From: Parachlamydiales bacterium
Lineage (GTDB): Bacteria > Chlamydiota > Chlamydiia > Chlamydiales > JAJFMK01
DNA length: 21,018 bases
Assembly: GCA_963765145.1 (NCBI GenBank)
Contig: CAVXVG010000023.1
Span: 1-21,018 of the forward strand
Direction of reading: 5' to 3'
Below are positions 17,217-21,018 of the stretch, in pieces. The notes under the pieces are model-generated. The model was not told where the DNA came from. It did not search any database and was given only the letters and a program-made list of their open reading frames with translations. Position 1 is the stretch's first letter, and the number at the start of each line of letters is the position of its first letter. A program made the position numbers and the translations under genes.

Positions 17217-17286
17217 AACCCCAGAATGGGGTGAAGGAATATAGCCCAGGGTAAAGAAACCCTGAAAGGGTGATGCAACCCTGGGT
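17217..17286. repeat. Half element related to family C between gmk and rpoZ
   Basis: ACCCC-AGAAT-GGGGT hairpin, then CCCAGGGT...ACCCTGGG (17245-17252/17278-17285) enclosing ACCCT-GAA-AGGGT. It shares the CCTGAAAGG and CCAGGG...CCCTGG modules with 15274-15471. Confidence 0.75.
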
Positions 17287-17319
17287 GTTACGGCTGGAAT
17301 TGCTAAAAAAAAGGAAAGT

Positions 17320-17571
17320 ATGGACAGAAAAAAATCATTAACGAATGAGCACCTCTTGAAGCGCTTTAAGAGTCAGTTTGAGATTGTGAGTTATGCCATT
17401 AAAAGAGCCCAATCGATGATCACTTCCGGTCGAGCACCGCTGGCAGCGATAGACACACAAAATTCGGCCTATCAAGTGTTATGCGAAATTTCAACTGGTC
17501 GAGATACCTTTGATGTTTTTGACAGCTTCAACCTCGATGATGAAGAGGACGACGAAGAGGACAAATCTTAA
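17320..17571 (+). CDS. rpoZ: RNA polymerase omega subunit, chlamydial type
   Basis: 83 aa directly after gmk, with LTNExLxKxFKSQFEIVSYAIKRA and an acidic tail. AAGGA precedes the ATG. Confidence 0.8.
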   Translation: MDRKKSLTNEHLLKRFKSQFEIVSYAIKRAQSMITSGRAPLAAIDTQNSAYQVLCEISTGRDTFDVFDSFNLDDEEDDEEDKS

Positions 17572-17574
17572 GAA

Positions 17575-18147
17575 ATGGCTGTTGTCTTTGCCACTTTAGT
17601 TGGGATACTGAGCTTTTTGGCCGGTATTTTGGTGATAGGGTGGGCTTTAACAACAACGGTCAAATACCCTAAATGTCCCTATACAGGACTTCCATTGCAG
17701 CCGGCCTTTGCCATACCTCTTCCGACCAAGCAAAAAATTTATGCTTATTTGAGGGACTTTGGGGGCTTCGACAATCGACCGTTTAGATTTGCAAAAGCTG
17801 CTTTTGATAGGGAGTCGGGCCGAATTTTCCAAGATTGTGTAGATTGGAAGGGGAAAATGGAGCTCGACTGGACTTTTCTTCTCAAGAAATACCAAGGGCA
17901 ATGGATTTCTTGGGGTAGTTTATCCGAAGAAATGAAACGAAAAGTGAAAGAACGGCACAGCTCAATAGATGGGTTTCAAATGGAAAGATCAAGTCCTGAG
18001 CCCTCTCCTACCAAAATAGAATCTATGTATGTGTATACAAAGCCTGGCCCCTTGTATGTCGACATTAATTCTATGGTTCTCATGGGATGGAAGCTGGTTC
18101 CAGATACAAGTGTAGAAGTTTTAATTGTGCAACAACCAGACCGATAA
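17575..18147 (+). CDS. Hypothetical protein with N-terminal TM anchor
   Basis: 190 aa tightly packed between rpoZ (3 nt) and metG (4 nt). Hydrophobic residues 1-26 are followed by CPYTG. Confidence 0.8.
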   Translation: MAVVFATLVGILSFLAGILVIGWALTTTVKYPKCPYTGLPLQPAFAIPLPTKQKIYAYLRDFGGFDNRPFRFAKAAFDRESGRIFQDCVDWKGKMELDWTFLLKKYQGQWISWGSLSEEMKRKVKERHSSIDGFQMERSSPEPSPTKIESMYVYTKPGPLYVDINSMVLMGWKLVPDTSVEVLIVQQPDR

Positions 18148-18151
18148 ATAA

Positions 18152-20189
18152 ATGGCAAAGCAAAAAGTTCTTATAACGTCGGCGCTTCTTTACGCCAATG
18201 GTCCGATGCATTTTGGCCATCTTGCAGGGGCCTATTTGCCGGCCGACGTCTCGGCCCGCTTTAACAGGCTAAAAGATCGGGATGTCCACTACATTTCAGG
18301 TTCTGACGAATATGGGATGGCAATCACCCTGTCTGCAGAATTGGCAGGAAGAACACCTCTGGAGCATGTCAATCTTTTCCACGAGATCAATAAAACTCTT
18401 TTTAAGGCTTTGAATTTTTCTTTCGATTTCTATGCCAGAACAACTTGGGAAGGGCACAAAAAGCCAGTCCAAACGTTCTTTTTAGAACTTTTAGAAAATG
18501 GATGGATCGAGCCAAAAATCACAGAACAACTCTATTCTGAAGATGAAAAACGGTTTTTAGCCGACCGTTATGTGGTAGGCACCTGTCCAAAATGTGGTTA
18601 TGAAGAGGCCAGGGGTGACGAGTGCCCTTCTTGCGGCGCTAGCTTTGAAGCGGTCGACCTGAAAAATCCCCGTTCAAAACTTACGGGCTCTAAACTGACT
18701 AAAAAAGAGACCAAAAACTGGTTTTTGTTGCTCGACAAATTCAAAGATCAATTAACCCAATTCATCGCGAAAAAGCCTTGGAAAGAAAATGTTTTGAATT
18801 TCATTTCCGGATACATTGACGGGGCAAAACCCCGTTCGATCACAAGGGATATGTCTTGGGGCGTGCCTGTCCCGTTAGAAGAAGCTAAAGACAAGGTCCT
18901 CTATGTCTGGTTCGATGCTCCGATTGGTTATATTTCAGCCTCTAGAGAATGGGCGATTGAACAAGGGAACCCTGAAAAATGGAAAGACTATTGGTTAGAC
19001 CCTGCAACAAAGCTGATCCACTTCATTGGCAAAGATAATATCCCTTTCCACGCGGTGATTTTTCCTGCCATGTGCATGGGGCAAAATTTGCCACTGAAAT
19101 TAGTGGATGAATTGCCGGCAAACGAATTTTTAAACCTTGAAGGCAGGCAATTTAGTAAATCGGATGGTTGGACAATTGATCTGGCCGTATTTCCTAACCC
19201 GTTACTCATCCGATCAAGTCCGATATGCTTTGGTAGCGATGTCTCCTGAGACTGCAGACTCTGAATTTACCTTCAAAGAATTCCAAAACCGTTGCAACAG
19301 CGACCTGGTAGGAAAGTTCGGCAATTTTATCCATCGAACGTTGTCTTTTATCCAAAGCCATTTAGGTGGAAAAGTTCCTCAAAAAGGGGTGTTGACTACG
19401 GGAAGATGATACTTTAGCCAAGATCTGAAAGAACTTTACCATCAGGCAGAAGAGGCTTACGAAACGTTCCGCTTAAGAAGGGTCATCCAACTATTAATGG
19501 AGATGGCGCAGCGTGCAAACGTCTATTTTGATCAGAAAAAGCCTTGGGTTTTGAAGAAAGATCCTGCAAAACAGCAAGAGCTTGAAACTGTTTTACATCT
19601 TTGCTTAAAAGCCATTCAATTGCTAACTGTGGTGGCAACACCCTTGATCCCCGATGCGACTAAAGAGATCTGGAAGCTATTAGCAATGAACCCTTTAAAC
19701 TGGGACCAGGCCTTTGACCTGATCAAAGCGACAGAGTTGCCGGCCTACGACTCTTTTTCGAAAAATTGAAGATGAAGAGATCGCAAGAGAAATTGAAAAC
19801 CTCCACCACTTACATAAGAAAGCGAAAAAACCTGCTATGGAACAAGAACAACAACAAACCTACCTCCCTTTAAAACCTGAAGTGACAATCGATCTAGTTA
19901 GCCAACTCGATTTATGAGTTGCCGAAGTTCTTGCCGAACGTGTTCCAAAGAGTAAAAAACTGCTCAAACTGCAAGTCAATTTAGGCTTTGAACAGCGAGA
20001 AATCGAAGCAGGCATTGGCGCTTCCATCGACCCGGAATCACTTCCAGGCAAAAAAGTGGTCATCGTGGCCAACTTAAAACCTGCATTATTGATGGGGATT
20101 GAAAGCCAGGGATCATCTTGGCCGGTGGAGTTGACACTCTGGAAATCCCAAGCATTGCCAACCTAAACCCCGGCGACCCGGTTAAGTAA
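18152..20189 (+). CDS. metG: Methionyl-tRNA synthetase with C-terminal tRNA-binding domain; several apparent sequence errors
   Basis: [10 protein letters not shown], Zn knuckles [28 protein letters not shown] and QFSKS. It continues across breaks at ~19188, ~19400-19412, ~19743, TGA 19915-19917 and ~20110 through LDLxVAEV...KLLKL...VANLKPA...GIESQG to TAA 20187-20189. Confidence 0.95.
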
Positions 20190-20205
20190 CACGTCTTTGC
20201 TCAGG

Positions 20206-20333
20206 TTTAACCCTGCCCCGCCGTGCCCTTGCCCGAATTTCTAATAAAAAAGCTTTCTAAGAACTAACAGACGACCTTTTTACTCAGGAATTCTCGGGCA
20301 CGGGCAAGGGCAAGGGCAGGGGCAAGGGTTAAA
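20206..20333. repeat. Palindromic element family A, copy 2
   Basis: Termini TTTAACCCT/AGGGTTAAA. Left arm GCCCCGCCGTGCCCTTGCCCGAA; right arm TCGGGCACGGGCAAGGGCAAGGGCAGGGGCAAGGG. The spacer is similar in length and sequence to copy 1. Confidence 0.9.
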
Positions 20334-20390
20334 TTTGTGTGTATATATTCGTTTTGGTATGTAGGGGAAATACTGCCCTGAGGTTTCTCG

Positions 20391-20699
20391 ATGAAGGTTT
20401 TTCTTTTTTCCCTGCTTTTCACGTTTTCTGTTCTAGCTGCAGACATTGTAGGCTTTTGGAAAACAATTGATGATGCTACAAAAAAAGCACAAAGCGTTGT
20501 GGCAGTCTATCCTTATAAAGGTAAGTACTATGGGAGAATAGTAGCCACTTACGATGAACATACCGGCGAGTTAAAAGATACCATCTACACTCCGGATGAA
20601 AGGGCTCCCGGCGTAGTGGGCGATCCCCATTATGCAGGGCTCGACCTGATCTATAATCTAGTGCCAAAAGACCATAAATTTGTTGGTAATATCATCGAC
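20391..20699 (+). CDS. DUF2147 family secreted protein, truncated at an apparent junction
   Basis: Signal peptide, DIVGFWKTIDD, YYGRI and GLDLIYNL. Similarity stops at GNIID, where the family normally continues DPxxGKxY. Confidence 0.8.
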
Positions 20700-20765
20700 T
20701 CCAACGATATAAACGATGGCGAACGCGGCAATGAGCAGCGTGCGTGTGGATGCTTTCGTTTTCAT
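20700..20765 (-). CDS. N-terminal fragment of a probable EamA/DMT transporter
   Basis: The minus strand from ATG 20765 reads MKTKASTRTLLIAAFAIVYIV, resembling the YedA-type first helix (AFxxVYIVWGSTY). AGGGA lies upstream. It is cut at the junction. Confidence 0.55.
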
Positions 20766-20798
20766 TTCAGTTCCCTGAAACCGAAATCAGACCGTGGC

Positions 20799-20831
20799 AA
20801 ATAAAAACCCGCCGGTGTGACCAGCGGGTTT
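20799..20831 (-). terminator. Intrinsic terminator hairpin of a putative attenuator
   Basis: Minus strand AAACCCGCTGGT-CAC-ACCGGCGGGTTT followed by TTATTT, about 35 nt upstream of ATG 20765. Confidence 0.75.
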
Positions 20832-20847
20832 CGTGAAAATCACTCGT

Positions 20848-20934
20848 TCAAAAAACCCACCGGCGCGAAAGGAAATGCCAAGCAACGCGTTTCGGCGTGG
20901 CGGCAATCATCGGCATGGCTGATTTTACGAACAT
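20848..20934 (-). CDS. Putative leader peptide MFVKSAMPMIAATPKRVAWHFLSRRWVF
   Basis: 28-codon ORF with alternative ATGs at 20916 and 20910, ending 16 nt before the terminator. Its last codons overlap GCCGGTGGGTTT, which can pair with the terminator 5' arm. Confidence 0.55.
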   Translation of the reverse strand: MFVKSAMPMIAATPKRVAWHFLSRRWVF

Positions 20935-21018
20935 TCCGGAATGATGCTGTGGAAATTAATTGGTCGGGTCAATGAAATTTATTTTTCCGCGGCGGAAAAA
21001 AATCACATTGGCCGGACG

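Noticed and set aside
4..19209. Numerous 60-115-aa ORFs antisense to or overlapping long genes
   Set aside because: They are shadow frames of well-supported CDSs with no recognisable motifs, apart from those used above to repair frameshifts.
19400..19917. In-frame TGA codons in metG as genetic-code reassignment or selenocysteine
   Set aside because: TGA 19915 falls where Arg is expected (LDLRV). TGA 19407 is explained by a nearby compensating indel pair. Trp is encoded by TGG elsewhere, and TGA ends genes such as DUF2442.
20264..20446. ORF with LAPALALARA
   Set aside because: It derives from family A copy 2 and is antisense to the DUF2147 start.
20700..20804. C-terminus of the 137-aa ORF 20391-20804
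   Set aside because: It is read-through into the foreign segment and lacks the expected DUF2147 motifs.

Overview
This window looks like chromosome from an environmental Chlamydiota lineage, based on a pknD-like kinase near valS, a chlamydial-type omega subunit in yicC-gmk-rpoZ-hyp-metG, and a lipoprotein/CPBP/methyltransferase/SRP RNA cluster. Housekeeping genes are interleaved with accessory genes: a Sel1-repeat protein, two orphan membrane proteins (one Inc-like), a DUF4160/DUF2442 toxin-antitoxin-like pair and a secreted serpin. The most unusual signal is non-coding. Most larger intergenic gaps hold a palindromic element, from at least five sequence families. Two of these families have arms built from micro-tandem repeats (GGGCAA; CACAGAG) around an AT-rich spacer, some are nested or stacked, and no transposase is in the window. 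pknD, the lipoprotein, the methyltransferase, yicC and metG carry single-base frame breaks that most likely reflect sequencing or assembly error. The last ~320 bp interrupt a DUF2147 gene, look foreign, and carry a leader-peptide attenuator upstream of an EamA-like gene start. All family assignments come from motif recognition by eye; no searches were run.
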